Below, piece by piece: positions 1 through 10,081 of a DNA stretch of 33,302 bases (its first letter is position 1; each line of letters begins with the position of its first letter). Both the position numbers and the translations under genes were made by a program. This DNA comes from Candidatus Coatesbacteria bacterium (lineage in GTDB: Bacteria; JAFGND01). The notes under the pieces were generated by a model that was given only the letters and a program-made list of their open reading frames with translations, had not been told where the DNA came from and did not search any database. The stretch is from assembly GCA_016927185.1 (NCBI GenBank), contig JAFGND010000105.1:1-33302 (forward strand), written 5' to 3'.

Positions 1-58
1 GGTCTGAGTATAATATTGTTATAGAAAATAACAATATTACAAGAAATGAATATTTCAT
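1..58 (-). CDS. 5' end of an exported protein (partial, runs off the window)
   Basis: AGGGAGGT RBS (63-70) upstream of ATG at 58; reads MKYSFLVILLFSITILYSD, a signal-peptide-like sequence; open to the window edge. Confidence 0.7.
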   Translation of the reverse strand, partial: MKYSFLVILLFSITILYSD

Positions 59-352
59 AACAACCTCCCTTATTTACTCTTCACAAATCCTGATCTATTC
101 AGCATTTCTAACATTTCATTAAGCTTAATAGAATAAAACTTCCTAATTATTTCCGTATAGTCAAAGAAAAAAAATAAAGTCAATCTTTTTCTTGATTTTT
201 CTTGTTTTTTGCTTTCACTACTTTTTTGCTTGAGATTAATAACAAACAACAGATTATCATAATGAATTAATCATTTATTATTGACTATAAAGTTGTTGGA
301 TGAAACCCTTGCATTTGGAAACTGGACTGGAAACTTCAGGAAGGAGTATCTC

Positions 353-2413
353 ATGTTGAAAAGTATAATGGAACCATCTTCCATAGCAATAATTGGAGGA
401 AGCTCAGAAATCCAGAAGCCAGGAGGAAAACTGGTCTATAATATAAAAAACCATGATTTCAAGGGAGATATATGGATAGTCAATCCGAAATCCCCTTCAG
501 TACAGGATCTTCCTACATTCAAAAGCATAAAAGATTTGCCTTCAGAAGTGGATCTTGGAATGATTACAGTGGCAGCTCCATTTGTAAAGCAATCCCTGCT
601 TGAGCTTATAGAAAAAGGAGTGAAAGGGGTAATAATTATTTCATGCGGTTTCGGTGAGATAGATGAAAAAGGCAAAAAAGAGGAACAGGAACTTGCAGAG
701 ATAGCTGCCAGGGCTAATATACCAATGATAGGTCCAAACTGCATGGGTGTTGCAACATTCAAGTATGCAGGAGTATTTGCAGGTCCTATCCCAAATCTCA
801 AGCCAAAAACAATAGACTTTGTGTCAGGGTCAGGTGCTACTGCAGCATTCATTCTTGAGCTTGCAATCACCCTGGGAGTTTCATTCTCCAGCGAGATAAC
901 CATTGGAAACAGTGCAATGATTGGCATAGAGGAAGTTCTTGAATACTGGGATGAAACCTTTAGTCCAGATACAAGCTCCAGGGTAAAGATGCTTTATATG
1001 GAAACACTGACAAAACCACAGAAATTTATAAAGCATTCAAGATCCTTGAGGGAAAAAGGCTGTCATCTTGTAGCAATAAAGGCAGGTGCCACTGAGGCAG
1101 GAACAAGAGCAGCTTCAAGCCATACAGGTGCAATGGCTTCTTCTGATACGTCAATTGACGCACTGCTCAGAAAAGCTCAGGTGATAAGAGTGCAGAGCAA
1201 GCAGGAACTTGTTTATACTGCAGGCATTCTCGAATCGTACAAACCACCTTCAGGAAAGAGAGCCTGCATCGTAACACATGCAGGAGGACCTGGTGTGATG
1301 CTTACTGACGAGCTTTCCAGGCAGGGCTTTGAACTTCCTAAGATTGCACAGGAAACTCATGACAAACTCCTTGCAAATCTTCTTCCAGGAAGTGCAGCTG
1401 GCAATCCGGTTGACTTCCTTGCAGCAGGAACTGCAGAAAATCTTGACTTCATACTGGAATCTCTACGTAATGAAGATTACATAGATTTTATCCCTGTCAT
1501 TTTCGGCTCTCCTGGCTTGTTTGATGTATGGCCTGTTTACAAGGTGATAGCAGACAAACTACCTGATTATCCGAAACCCATTTATCCAGTATTCCCCTCA
1601 ACAGTGACTGCAAAGGATGCGATTGACAAGTTCCTTGCAAGAGGTTATATGTGCATTCCAGAGGAAGTAAATCTCGGGAAAACACTGGGCAGGATTGCAG
1701 CTGTTCCATCTACGAGGCAGACTGAAAGAAAATTTTCAGATATTGATGAGAATGCTATTTCATCAATATTGAAAGAAGCTGAAGGAGAAAGCATAAAGCA
1801 GCTAAAGGCTGAAAAGATATCAAGTATACTGAAAGCATTGAAAATACCAATCCCATTCGAGGCAATAGCGAAAAGCAGATCAGAAGGACAGGAAATTGCG
1901 GAAAAGATAGGTTATCCAGTTGTAATGAAGGTTGTCGGTCCTGTCCACAAGTCTGATGTAGGTGGCGTATATATAGGAATAAAGAATACACAGGAAATGG
2001 AGAGTGCTTTAGACAAACTAATGCAGATAAAAGATGCTGAAGGAGTGCTTTTCCAGGAAATGGCAAAAGGGACTGAGGTTATAATCGGTGTCAGCAGGGA
2101 GGAAGGATTCGGACATTTGATAATGTTCGGTCTTGGCGGGATTTACACTGAAATCTTGAAGGATGTAATCTTTACGCTTGCACCACTTTCTTGTGAAGAA
2201 GCAGCAAGCATGATAAAATCCATAAAGGCATATAAGCTTTTGGAAGGAGTGAGAGGGAAGAAGGGCATGAATACAGAGATGCTTGCAGATATTCTTCTCA
2301 GAATCTCATTTCTTGTTCAGAAATTCCCCCAGATAAAAGAGATGGATATCAATCCATTAATGGGTTATGAAGACAGAATTCTGGCAGTTGACACGAGGAT
2401 AGAGATAGACTAG
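353..2413 (+). CDS. Acetate/acyl-CoA synthetase (ADP-forming), fused alpha-beta type
   Basis: CoA-binding N-terminus (PSSIAIIGGS, IGPNCMG), phospho-His motif ASSHTGA, NPVD, C-terminal ATP-grasp (GYPVVMK, HKSDVGGV, EMDINPL). Start moved to ATG 353 behind AAGGAG (341-346). Confidence 0.92.
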   Translation: MLKSIMEPSSIAIIGGSSEIQKPGGKLVYNIKNHDFKGDIWIVNPKSPSVQDLPTFKSIKDLPSEVDLGMITVAAPFVKQSLLELIEKGVKGVIIISCGFGEIDEKGKKEEQELAEIAARANIPMIGPNCMGVATFKYAGVFAGPIPNLKPKTIDFVSGSGATAAFILELAITLGVSFSSEITIGNSAMIGIEEVLEYWDETFSPDTSSRVKMLYMETLTKPQKFIKHSRSLREKGCHLVAIKAGATEAGTRAASSHTGAMASSDTSIDALLRKAQVIRVQSKQELVYTAGILESYKPPSGKRACIVTHAGGPGVMLTDELSRQGFELPKIAQETHDKLLANLLPGSAAGNPVDFLAAGTAENLDFILESLRNEDYIDFIPVIFGSPGLFDVWPVYKVIADKLPDYPKPIYPVFPSTVTAKDAIDKFLARGYMCIPEEVNLGKTLGRIAAVPSTRQTERKFSDIDENAISSILKEAEGESIKQLKAEKISSILKALKIPIPFEAIAKSRSEGQEIAEKIGYPVVMKVVGPVHKSDVGGVYIGIKNTQEMESALDKLMQIKDAEGVLFQEMAKGTEVIIGVSREEGFGHLIMFGLGGIYTEILKDVIFTLAPLSCEEAASMIKSIKAYKLLEGVRGKKGMNTEMLADILLRISFLVQKFPQIKEMDINPLMGYEDRILAVDTRIEID

Positions 2414-3190
2414 ATGAGAATATTACTTTTCCTTTTGCTACTTGCATTTCTGTTCTCATGCGGACAACCAGAGGATTTCTGGCAGGATGTGGATGAGGCA
2501 TACAAGAAGGATGATTTAAAAAAGGTTGAAAGAAGGATACTGAACAGGTTGAAGAATGAGGGGGCTGACGATACTGAAACCACTCTTGCATATGGTTATC
2601 TGGGGCTGATAATGCTTAAAGACAACAATGTGTCATATGCAGCTGAATCTTTCAAGAGATTCAGATCCCTTCGCATAAAAAAGAATCAGGAAGCATACAA
2701 CAAACTCAAGGAAAGAATTGACGAGGCAGTGAGGACTCATGACAATGATTTGTTGGTTAGAATAAAGCAGGAGGCTGGAAAAAAGAATTATATTCAGGCA
2801 ATAATGCTTTATGAAGAGATAATTCTTCTTGAACCTGAATCAGATACAATGAGGAAAAGCTACATCCAGTTCCTGACTGATTTGGGGCTTCATGAGAAAG
2901 CCTTGAGCATTGCAAGAGAATCTCCCAATACTGACAAGAAATCTCTCATTGACCAGATTGTGAAGGATCAGCAGACAAAGGAAAAACAGCTGTCACAGAA
3001 TTCAGTCAGGTTTGCAAGAGGATTCTGGATGATGCAGAAGGTAGAAAACAAGGATATAATAACAAAAACAAACATGATACTTGAAGCTTCAAAATCCACT
3101 GGACTTGGACCAAGGCAGTTGTCAGAAAAATGGTCAGATGTAATAAGATCCCCTAAAATCATTCTGCAATTATGGAATCAAGCTCCATAA
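2414..3190 (+). CDS. Lipoprotein with TPR-like helical repeats
   Basis: MRILLFLLLLAFLFSC lipobox; TPR-like segments (AYGYLGLIMLKDNNVSYAAESFK; YIQAIMLYEEIILLEP); abuts the upstream stop codon. Confidence 0.7.
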   Translation: MRILLFLLLLAFLFSCGQPEDFWQDVDEAYKKDDLKKVERRILNRLKNEGADDTETTLAYGYLGLIMLKDNNVSYAAESFKRFRSLRIKKNQEAYNKLKERIDEAVRTHDNDLLVRIKQEAGKKNYIQAIMLYEEIILLEPESDTMRKSYIQFLTDLGLHEKALSIARESPNTDKKSLIDQIVKDQQTKEKQLSQNSVRFARGFWMMQKVENKDIITKTNMILEASKSTGLGPRQLSEKWSDVIRSPKIILQLWNQAP

Positions 3191-5241
3191 ATGAACTGAA
3201 CAGGTCTTTTGCACTCATCCCTGTAACTGTCATAAAGGGAGTTGGGCAGAAACGGGCTGAAGACCTTCTGAAACTCAACATAGAGACAGTAAGGGATCTT
3301 CTTTATCATTTCCCCAGGCTTTATCTTGACAGGCAGAATATGTCTCCGATGAACAGGATAAAACCGGATGAGACGGTCCTGATTGAGGGAAATGTCATAA
3401 AGATATCTGAATCAGGGATGTTCCCTAAAATCAAGATAAATGTAGAGATAAGTGATGGAAAAGGCAGAATGCTCCTTGTATGGTTCAATCAGCCTTACAT
3501 GAAAAACCAGTTCGCATTAGGACAGAAAATTCTTGCCTTCGGAAAAGTGGTCTTCTTCAAGAACAGGCTTCAACTTATCAATCCCGAGATAGAGAGACCT
3601 GAGAAGGAAGACCAGTTCAGAAGGATAGTACCAATATATCCTTTGACTGAAGGAGTTTCCCAGAGATTTCTCCGTAATATCATTACAGAAGCACTTTGTG
3701 ATTTCCCTGAATGCATGATTGATCCTGTTCCTGAAGAAATAGCATCCAGACATGGCTTCCCTGCATACAAAGAATCACTTGAGAAAATACATTTCCCATC
3801 CTCAATTGATGAAACAGGCAAATACAGGAAAAGATTTGTTTTCGAGGAGTTGTTTCTGTTTGGCTTGATATCAGCAGTCAGAAAGAAGATTTCCCAGAAT
3901 GAAAATATCAAGGGTTTGTCCATAAGAGGTGAAATAATAAGGAAATTCACTGAGAAAATGCCATTCCAGCTTACAGATGGTCAAAGACAGGCGCTCAGAG
4001 AGATATATTATGACATGGAAAATGACGGCAGAATGATGAGGCTTCTTCAGGGAGATGTCGGCTGCGGGAAGACGCTGGTTGCATATATTGCTCTTCTCAA
4101 GGCAATAGAGAATGGCAGGCACGGCTTTTTCATGACTCCTACAGAAGTACTTGCAGAGCAGCAATACGAGCAGTTCAGGGAATGGTCATCAATGATAGAT
4201 TTACCTTGCTATCTCTATACAGCCGGTTTGTCAGCTGCTGCCAAGAGAGAAGTTGAAGAAGCAATAAGAAGCGGAACACCTGCAATAATCACTGGAACGG
4301 TTGCCCTCCTGAATCAGAGAATAGATGCAGGAAATACTGGACTTCTGGTTATTGACGAGCAGCATAAGTTTGGTGTGATGCAGCGTGCAAGGCTTGTTCT
4401 CAGGAGTAGCTCTAATTTGCTTGTGATGACAGCCACACCAATACCCAGAAGCCTGGCATTAACACTTTATGGTGACCTGGATTTGTCAGTAATAAAAGAT
4501 ATGCCATCTGGTCGCAAGAGAATTTCCACAAGAATAATTACGGAAGATGATTTGGTGAAGGTTTACAATGAAATAAGGGATGCAACTGCCAGGGGTGAGA
4601 AAACATTTTTCGTTTTCCCTGCAATAAGTGCTGATGAGGATTCTGATATCAAGGCTGCAATACAGGGTTACAGGCATCTCTTGAAAAATATCTTCCCTGA
4701 CAGGAAAGTGATATTGCTTCATGGTGGAATGAGCAGCATAGAGAAAAGGGAAGCCAGGCAGGAATTCACTTGCGGCAAGTGTGAGATAATGGCAGCAACA
4801 AGCATCATCGAAGTAGGTATTGATGTAAGAAAAGCTACCATTATTGTGATAATGAACGCAGACAGGTTTGGTCTTACCCAGATACATCAATTGAGGGGAA
4901 GAGTTGGAAGAAGTGACATTGAAAGCAGATGCTATCTTGTTGGAAGCAGAAAGATGACTGATGAGGCTAAAGAAAGATTGAATGCAGCAGTGAAATGCAA
5001 ATCTGGCTTCGAACTTGCAGAAGAGGACTTGCGTATAAGGGGTCAGGGAGATATTTTTGGATTAAGGCAGCATGGTTTCATCAAACTCAAGATAGCTGAT
5101 CTGCAGAAGGATTTTAACATGCTCAAGACAGCAAGGGAAGAAGCGTTTCTTGTAGCAGGGAAGGAAGCATATAAAAATCTTCCTGCAATGCTGCTTGTTA
5201 ATGAGAAACTGGATTATTGCTTCGGCACCGAGGGAGGCTAG
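3172..5241 (+). CDS. recG: ATP-dependent DNA helicase RecG
   Basis: IKGVG, DLLYHFPR, wedge OB domain (WFNQPY), RLLQGDVGCGKT, IDEQHKFGV, MTATPIPRSL, HQLRGRVGR, GFELAEEDLRIRG. Confidence 0.97.
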   Translation: MESSSINELNRSFALIPVTVIKGVGQKRAEDLLKLNIETVRDLLYHFPRLYLDRQNMSPMNRIKPDETVLIEGNVIKISESGMFPKIKINVEISDGKGRMLLVWFNQPYMKNQFALGQKILAFGKVVFFKNRLQLINPEIERPEKEDQFRRIVPIYPLTEGVSQRFLRNIITEALCDFPECMIDPVPEEIASRHGFPAYKESLEKIHFPSSIDETGKYRKRFVFEELFLFGLISAVRKKISQNENIKGLSIRGEIIRKFTEKMPFQLTDGQRQALREIYYDMENDGRMMRLLQGDVGCGKTLVAYIALLKAIENGRHGFFMTPTEVLAEQQYEQFREWSSMIDLPCYLYTAGLSAAAKREVEEAIRSGTPAIITGTVALLNQRIDAGNTGLLVIDEQHKFGVMQRARLVLRSSSNLLVMTATPIPRSLALTLYGDLDLSVIKDMPSGRKRISTRIITEDDLVKVYNEIRDATARGEKTFFVFPAISADEDSDIKAAIQGYRHLLKNIFPDRKVILLHGGMSSIEKREARQEFTCGKCEIMAATSIIEVGIDVRKATIIVIMNADRFGLTQIHQLRGRVGRSDIESRCYLVGSRKMTDEAKERLNAAVKCKSGFELAEEDLRIRGQGDIFGLRQHGFIKLKIADLQKDFNMLKTAREEAFLVAGKEAYKNLPAMLLVNEKLDYCFGTEGG

Positions 5242-5248
5242 ATTGAAT

Positions 5249-5285
5249 AAAAAAAGGACTTGCATTTTTTACAAGTCCCCTTTTT
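5249..5285. terminator. Probable bidirectional intrinsic terminator between recG and the convergent DUF4870 gene
   Basis: A-tract, GGACTTG stem, loop, CAAGTCC, then CCTTTTT; U-tract available on both strands. Confidence 0.7.
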
Positions 5286-5297
5286 CAAGAAATCAAT

Positions 5298-5636
5298 TTA
5301 ACTTACGTTAAACCAGCCTTTTTCCATGCAGAAATTTGTTACGAATGGAATCTCGAAAACCTCTCCCTTATGAGCTTTGAAAGCAACAATTATTGCATAT
5401 ATCCAGACGATAACACCTATGCAAACAGCAGACAGTATCATTATTGCTACTCCAAGTGCAACGGATTGAACTGCATGAAATCTCATGAAAGGATCATTTT
5501 TCTTGTCTTCTGTAACAAGAATGATTATTCCAATTAGTGGGCAAAACAAATAAGCTAATAAACTCCATAGTTTTGCATCACTTGAAACCTGATCAGGTGC
5601 AGGGATATTTAGAGATGAAAGATCAACATCTGCCAT
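5298..5636 (-). CDS. DUF4870-family small membrane protein
   Basis: LLAYL...FMRFHAVQS...AFKAHKGEVFEIPFV signature, three hydrophobic segments; GGAGGT RBS (5641-5646) before ATG 5636. Confidence 0.8.
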   Translation of the reverse strand: MADVDLSSLNIPAPDQVSSDAKLWSLLAYLFCPLIGIIILVTEDKKNDPFMRFHAVQSVALGVAIMILSAVCIGVIVWIYAIIVAFKAHKGEVFEIPFVTNFCMEKGWFNVS

Positions 5637-5773
5637 AACTACCTCCAATAACTAACAAAATAACAGTGTTATGAAATTATAAATAATTGATTCTTGTCAA
5701 GGAAAAATAAAGCATTTATCTCGCAAGTAAGAATATCAAATATCTGGACTTATTTTCAGTATTTGCAAGAGAT

Positions 5774-6754
5774 TTATATCTTGCTTTTCCTTTCTTCTAT
5801 GAATTCTTTCTGTTTGTCAGACAGATTTACGACTTCTTTGATAATATATAACGGTCTTTTCTTGCTTTCATCAAATATTCTTGCAATGTATTCACCAATT
5901 ATACCAAGGCAGATAAGCTGGATGCCACCAAAGAGGGATATCAGGATTACTGTTGATGTCCATCCCTGAACCAGCCCTTTTGCAAAAAATTTCACATAAA
6001 AAATGTACAATATATAAACGAGCGAAAAAAATGCCATGGCAAACCCAAAATAAGAAGCTAATTTAAGCGGGAGTACTGAAAAAGAAGATATACCATCCAG
6101 CGCCAGCTTCATCATCTTGCCGAAAGGATATTTTGTTTTTCCCCAATGTCTCTGATCCCTTTCATATTCGACTCCTGTCTGCCTGAAACCTATCCATGTA
6201 ACCAGACCTCTTATGTATCGGTTTCTTTCAGGGAGCTGACGAAGGCAGTCTATAACATATCTATCTATAAGCCTGAAATCCCCTGTATCAAGCGGAATAT
6301 TTATTCGTGTCACCAGATATAGCATTCTGTAGAATAATTTCGCAGTTATCAGTTTGAAAAAGCTTTCACCTTTCCTTCTCAACCGCTTTGCATAGACTAC
6401 ATTATATCCCTCTTTCCATTTTTCAATCATTTTGGGAATGAGAGAAGGGGGATCCTGCAAATCGCTGTCCAGTATAATGGCAGTAAGTCCTTGTGAAGCA
6501 TCTATCCCTGCAGTAATGGCAGTCTGATGACCAAAATTCCTGGAGAAACTTATTATCTTTATCCTGTTATCCTTGCTTGCGTATTCCTTAAGCATTTCAA
6601 GTGTCCTGTCGAAACTGCCGTCATTCACGAAAATCATTTCGAATTCATATTCATCCAGAGAATCAATAATTGATGTCGTTTTTTCATACAACTCATTAAG
6701 ATTTCCTTCTTCATTGTAAACAGGAAACACCAGTGAATGTAATTGTTTTTCCAT
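5774..6754 (-). CDS. Glycosyltransferase family 2, GtrB/DPM1-like polyprenol-phosphate glycosyltransferase
   Basis: PVYNEE, VNDGSFD, FSRNFGHQTA, DSDLQDPP, DTGDFRL, two C-terminal TM helices, GIIGEYIARIF..KKRPLY. Confidence 0.93.
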   Translation of the reverse strand: MEKQLHSLVFPVYNEEGNLNELYEKTTSIIDSLDEYEFEMIFVNDGSFDRTLEMLKEYASKDNRIKIISFSRNFGHQTAITAGIDASQGLTAIILDSDLQDPPSLIPKMIEKWKEGYNVVYAKRLRRKGESFFKLITAKLFYRMLYLVTRINIPLDTGDFRLIDRYVIDCLRQLPERNRYIRGLVTWIGFRQTGVEYERDQRHWGKTKYPFGKMMKLALDGISSFSVLPLKLASYFGFAMAFFSLVYILYIFYVKFFAKGLVQGWTSTVILISLFGGIQLICLGIIGEYIARIFDESKKRPLYIIKEVVNLSDKQKEFIEERKSKI

Positions 6755-6838
6755 ATTTCAAGTCATCAATTTAAATGAAATAATGTCAAGAGTTCTGTTT
6801 CAGATATAACTGTTTGCATAGATGAATCAATAAGGCTG

Positions 6839-9019
6839 TCATTTATTAGTTTTTATCTGCAATTCAGATTCCTCTGCCATCTTGTACCATGATTTATAGA
6901 GCTTGAAAAGTTCCCTGATTCTCTCATCCTCTATATTCTCCAGAGGATAGCTGTTTATAAGGAGTTTTGCGCTGTTCAAATCGTGTATATAAAGATAAAT
7001 CAAGAGTTTGTCTGCAGCTATTGCCTGTTTCTGATATGGAGTAAGTCTTCTGTCTATTTCATCAAGAATATTAGCTATCTTATTATATGCTTCCAGCATG
7101 TACAGGTATTTTATCATATCCAGCAATTGAGTGTTTTCCGAATTCGCAATAGATTCTGCAGCAGTAAGCCAGGAAGGAGTCCTGTTCAGGTATGCCTGTT
7201 TTGCCCTCCAAACCCATTCCTTGAATGCAGATTTGTTGTCATTTTGAAGATGAAAGGAAAGAATCAGTTTATATAATCTGTCTGATGAAGGCATGATTTC
7301 AAGCCCCTTTCTTACAAGTGCTTCAAAATCCTTCAGTTCATTCCTTTCCATCTTGTATTTTGCATAGTAATATCTCAGATAATCAGCTTCAAGACCTGTG
7401 TCAAATGACAGTTCTATATGCTCCCTGCCCTTTGTCTCATTTCCCTTTTGAATATATGACATTCCCTTGTAGAAGTGGTAATTTGCCCTTATATTACAGA
7501 AGGTGAAATCGTTCGTATCAACTGCGGGAGGAGGATTTATAAAGATGAATGGATCTGCTCCACTTGTCATAAAAGGCTGATAGACAAATCCTGAAATCCT
7601 GTAAACTATTCCTGGCAGATTGTGGGGATAACTCAGGCTTATCCCTGTATCCTTGAAATCCCTGAATACAAGATAATCCTTCAGCAATTGGCTTCTTCCC
7701 TTTTTGCTTTTCGGTCCGTAGTATTCAGATTGCAGGAAATATCCTGATGAATCAAGAATATTCACATCAGGTCTGAAAAACTCCCTCTTCTGCAAGTAAT
7801 AAAGTGGGAAAGAGCTTTGTGAGCCATATGCATACATTATATAAGTTCCCCTGAAATTCAATGAACGTCCAGTATCCTTTGCATATTTCACTGCAAGCGG
7901 ATACCTGAGTGGCAGCGATTTGTATACATTAACTCCGATAAGAAACAATGACCATGTATACAAACCGATTATAGCAAACATTGTCCACTTTTTTGATATT
8001 TCTCTTACTACGAAAGGGCAAAGGCATGCAATATAGACAAGGAAAGGAATAAAGAAAACCCCGTTTATGAATCTTGATACTGCAGGAGGTTCGAAATTTA
8101 TATACAGAGCGAGTAATGGTCCCCATAGAAATGCTGGCAGCATGAACAGCGATTTCCTGTGCTTGCCTGCAAGTCTTGCAGCAGGAAGTATCAATAGCAA
8201 TACAACAGGTCCCAGCTGTTTGGCAGAGTAAATTATCAGATATTTCAGCATTTTTATCCAAGCAGGGATTGACCAGGTGAATGGAGTATCCTGATAGGGA
8301 GTTCTTTTTATTAATTGCATGAATCTTGTGGAATTATCAGGCATACCCCAGAGTATTGTGCCTTTGTTTATAGAAATAAGCGGGAAATACAAGTGTAATG
8401 ATATTCCAAGAAGGAACATGAAAGAAATGAGTGACCAGAATTTCAGTCTGTTTCTGTATGGAGACAAGAAAGCTGCCCATAAAGCGAAGGGAAAGAAAAG
8501 CAATACAGTCTGATGTGCTCCAGTTCCAAGTCCTAAAAGATAAAATGCAATCAGGAAGGAATAAAAATTAGGTCTTGGTGTCCATAATAAATAAACAAGA
8601 ATTATAATAAAGAGTAGATTCAGGGAATATACTTCAGTTATTGAAGACTGGTCGAAAACCTCTGGAATTGATGTTACGAGAAGAAGTGTCATCAATCTGT
8701 AATTCACTTTCATTTTATATCTTTTCAAGAATGAACTTATGAAGAATAAAGCCATCATGAACATTGCAATAGAGAATAACGTGCTGGTAAGGATTGTCCT
8801 GTTCTGGAATATCCTGTGCCAGAAATTTGCCAGCAATACCCAGAGATGATAACCTGGAGGATGAGAAATACCTAATGTCTGGGCTGAAAGTGCTAGCTCA
8901 GCACAATCCTCGAATGTCAATGACTTAGGGGAAACAATAATGAGAAGCATTCCTATGAAGAAGATCAAAACGAAATCGAAAATCTGATCTTTTTTCTGCT
9001 TGCCAAGAAGGAAGTTCAT
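6839..9019 (-). CDS. DUF2723 / TMEM260-like multi-pass GT-C glycosyltransferase with C-terminal TPR-like region
   Basis: EDCAELALSAQTLGISHPPGYHL matches the DUF2723 D..E....LGI.HPPGY motif; ITEVYSLN, GLGTGAHQT, WG.PD; many TM helices. Start uncertain (ATG 9019 chosen; ORF open to 9094). Confidence 0.8.
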   Translation of the reverse strand: MNFLLGKQKKDQIFDFVLIFFIGMLLIIVSPKSLTFEDCAELALSAQTLGISHPPGYHLWVLLANFWHRIFQNRTILTSTLFSIAMFMMALFFISSFLKRYKMKVNYRLMTLLLVTSIPEVFDQSSITEVYSLNLLFIIILVYLLWTPRPNFYSFLIAFYLLGLGTGAHQTVLLFFPFALWAAFLSPYRNRLKFWSLISFMFLLGISLHLYFPLISINKGTILWGMPDNSTRFMQLIKRTPYQDTPFTWSIPAWIKMLKYLIIYSAKQLGPVVLLLILPAARLAGKHRKSLFMLPAFLWGPLLALYINFEPPAVSRFINGVFFIPFLVYIACLCPFVVREISKKWTMFAIIGLYTWSLFLIGVNVYKSLPLRYPLAVKYAKDTGRSLNFRGTYIMYAYGSQSSFPLYYLQKREFFRPDVNILDSSGYFLQSEYYGPKSKKGRSQLLKDYLVFRDFKDTGISLSYPHNLPGIVYRISGFVYQPFMTSGADPFIFINPPPAVDTNDFTFCNIRANYHFYKGMSYIQKGNETKGREHIELSFDTGLEADYLRYYYAKYKMERNELKDFEALVRKGLEIMPSSDRLYKLILSFHLQNDNKSAFKEWVWRAKQAYLNRTPSWLTAAESIANSENTQLLDMIKYLYMLEAYNKIANILDEIDRRLTPYQKQAIAADKLLIYLYIHDLNSAKLLINSYPLENIEDERIRELFKLYKSWYKMAEESELQIKTNK

Positions 9020-9034
9020 GAGAGACTTGTCTGT

Positions 9035-10081
9035 ATGATAAACTTCAAAATTCATAACAGGTGTAAAAGATTGAGATATATTGATTTTTGGCAACTATAT
9101 TTGATATTTCTGCTTATGTTTGCAAAAGGAATTTATGCAGAAAACTATGACAAGATGCTTATTGAAGCAGGTCTTAATTCATCCTATAAGGAACTCTGGA
9201 ACAAGTGGTTCAATCTTTTCAAGGATGGCAGGAAGGAACCTGACTTCCTTGCAGACTTCCTGAAACTTGCAGATAGAACTGATAACTGGGAACTTGTATA
9301 TAATGAAATATGGAAGGAATATGGGGATACTCTGAATCCGGATGATATAGCAAATGTCAGAGGTGAAAAAAGATGCATGCTTCTTCTTCTTCTTGGAAGA
9401 AGTGAGATGGTCAAGGGGAATTATGAACAGGCCTATGTTCTTATGTCTAAAGCGAGGTATTTCTATTCTGATGCATGGCAATGGTCATGGCTTATAGAAT
9501 CAGCAACAAAAGCCAGAAAGAAGAAGGATCTTTCATCCCTTATTGACAAGTCACTTCAGATCTTCCCCAACAATCAAGTCTTGCTATCTCAAATATGGGA
9601 GGCAAGAAAAATACTTGTAAATTCAAAAACCTATATAGAGCTTTTCAACAAGGATAAAAATCCTACCCCTAATGCATATTATCACGTGATGAGGCTTCTT
9701 GTAGCGAGAAGAAACAGGAATCAAGCTCTTCTGCTTTTAAACAAGTTCATAGACAGGTATCCAACAAGCTGGCATGCACAATTCTGGGCTGGATATCTTC
9801 ATTATTCCCAGAAGGAATATGGAGAGGCTGTTAAATATATGGATGCAGTGCTTGAGCAGAAACCCGGTAATTATGGGGCATTGCTTTACAAGGCTTTATC
9901 CCTGAAAAGCATGGGATTTTTGGATAAATCAAGGGAAACTGCAATGCTTCTGATAAAGTTGTTTCCAGACAAATACAGACCATATATGATTGCTGCGGAG
10001 ATACTGAGGAAACTGGAAGAAAACGAAGAGGCAGATGAATATTATCAGAAAGGTCTTAAGCTTAAGCAGGAGAAGAATTAA
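9035..10081 (+). CDS. Exported tetratricopeptide-repeat protein
   Basis: Hydrophobic N-terminus ending AKGIYA; TPR units (AQFWAGYLHYSQKEYGEAVKYMDAVLEQKP, ALLYKALSLKSMG, PYMIAAEIL...EEADEYYQKGL); start uncertain. Confidence 0.75.
   Translation: MINFKIHNRCKRLRYIDFWQLYLIFLLMFAKGIYAENYDKMLIEAGLNSSYKELWNKWFNLFKDGRKEPDFLADFLKLADRTDNWELVYNEIWKEYGDTLNPDDIANVRGEKRCMLLLLLGRSEMVKGNYEQAYVLMSKARYFYSDAWQWSWLIESATKARKKKDLSSLIDKSLQIFPNNQVLLSQIWEARKILVNSKTYIELFNKDKNPTPNAYYHVMRLLVARRNRNQALLLLNKFIDRYPTSWHAQFWAGYLHYSQKEYGEAVKYMDAVLEQKPGNYGALLYKALSLKSMGFLDKSRETAMLLIKLFPDKYRPYMIAAEILRKLEENEEADEYYQKGLKLKQEKN

Noticed and set aside
281-352. Longer TTG start for the acyl-CoA synthetase (and similar extensions at 5648, 12638, 17542, 18916, 20447)
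   Set aside because: Downstream ATGs have clear RBSs or gene-junction coupling and match the expected domain starts.
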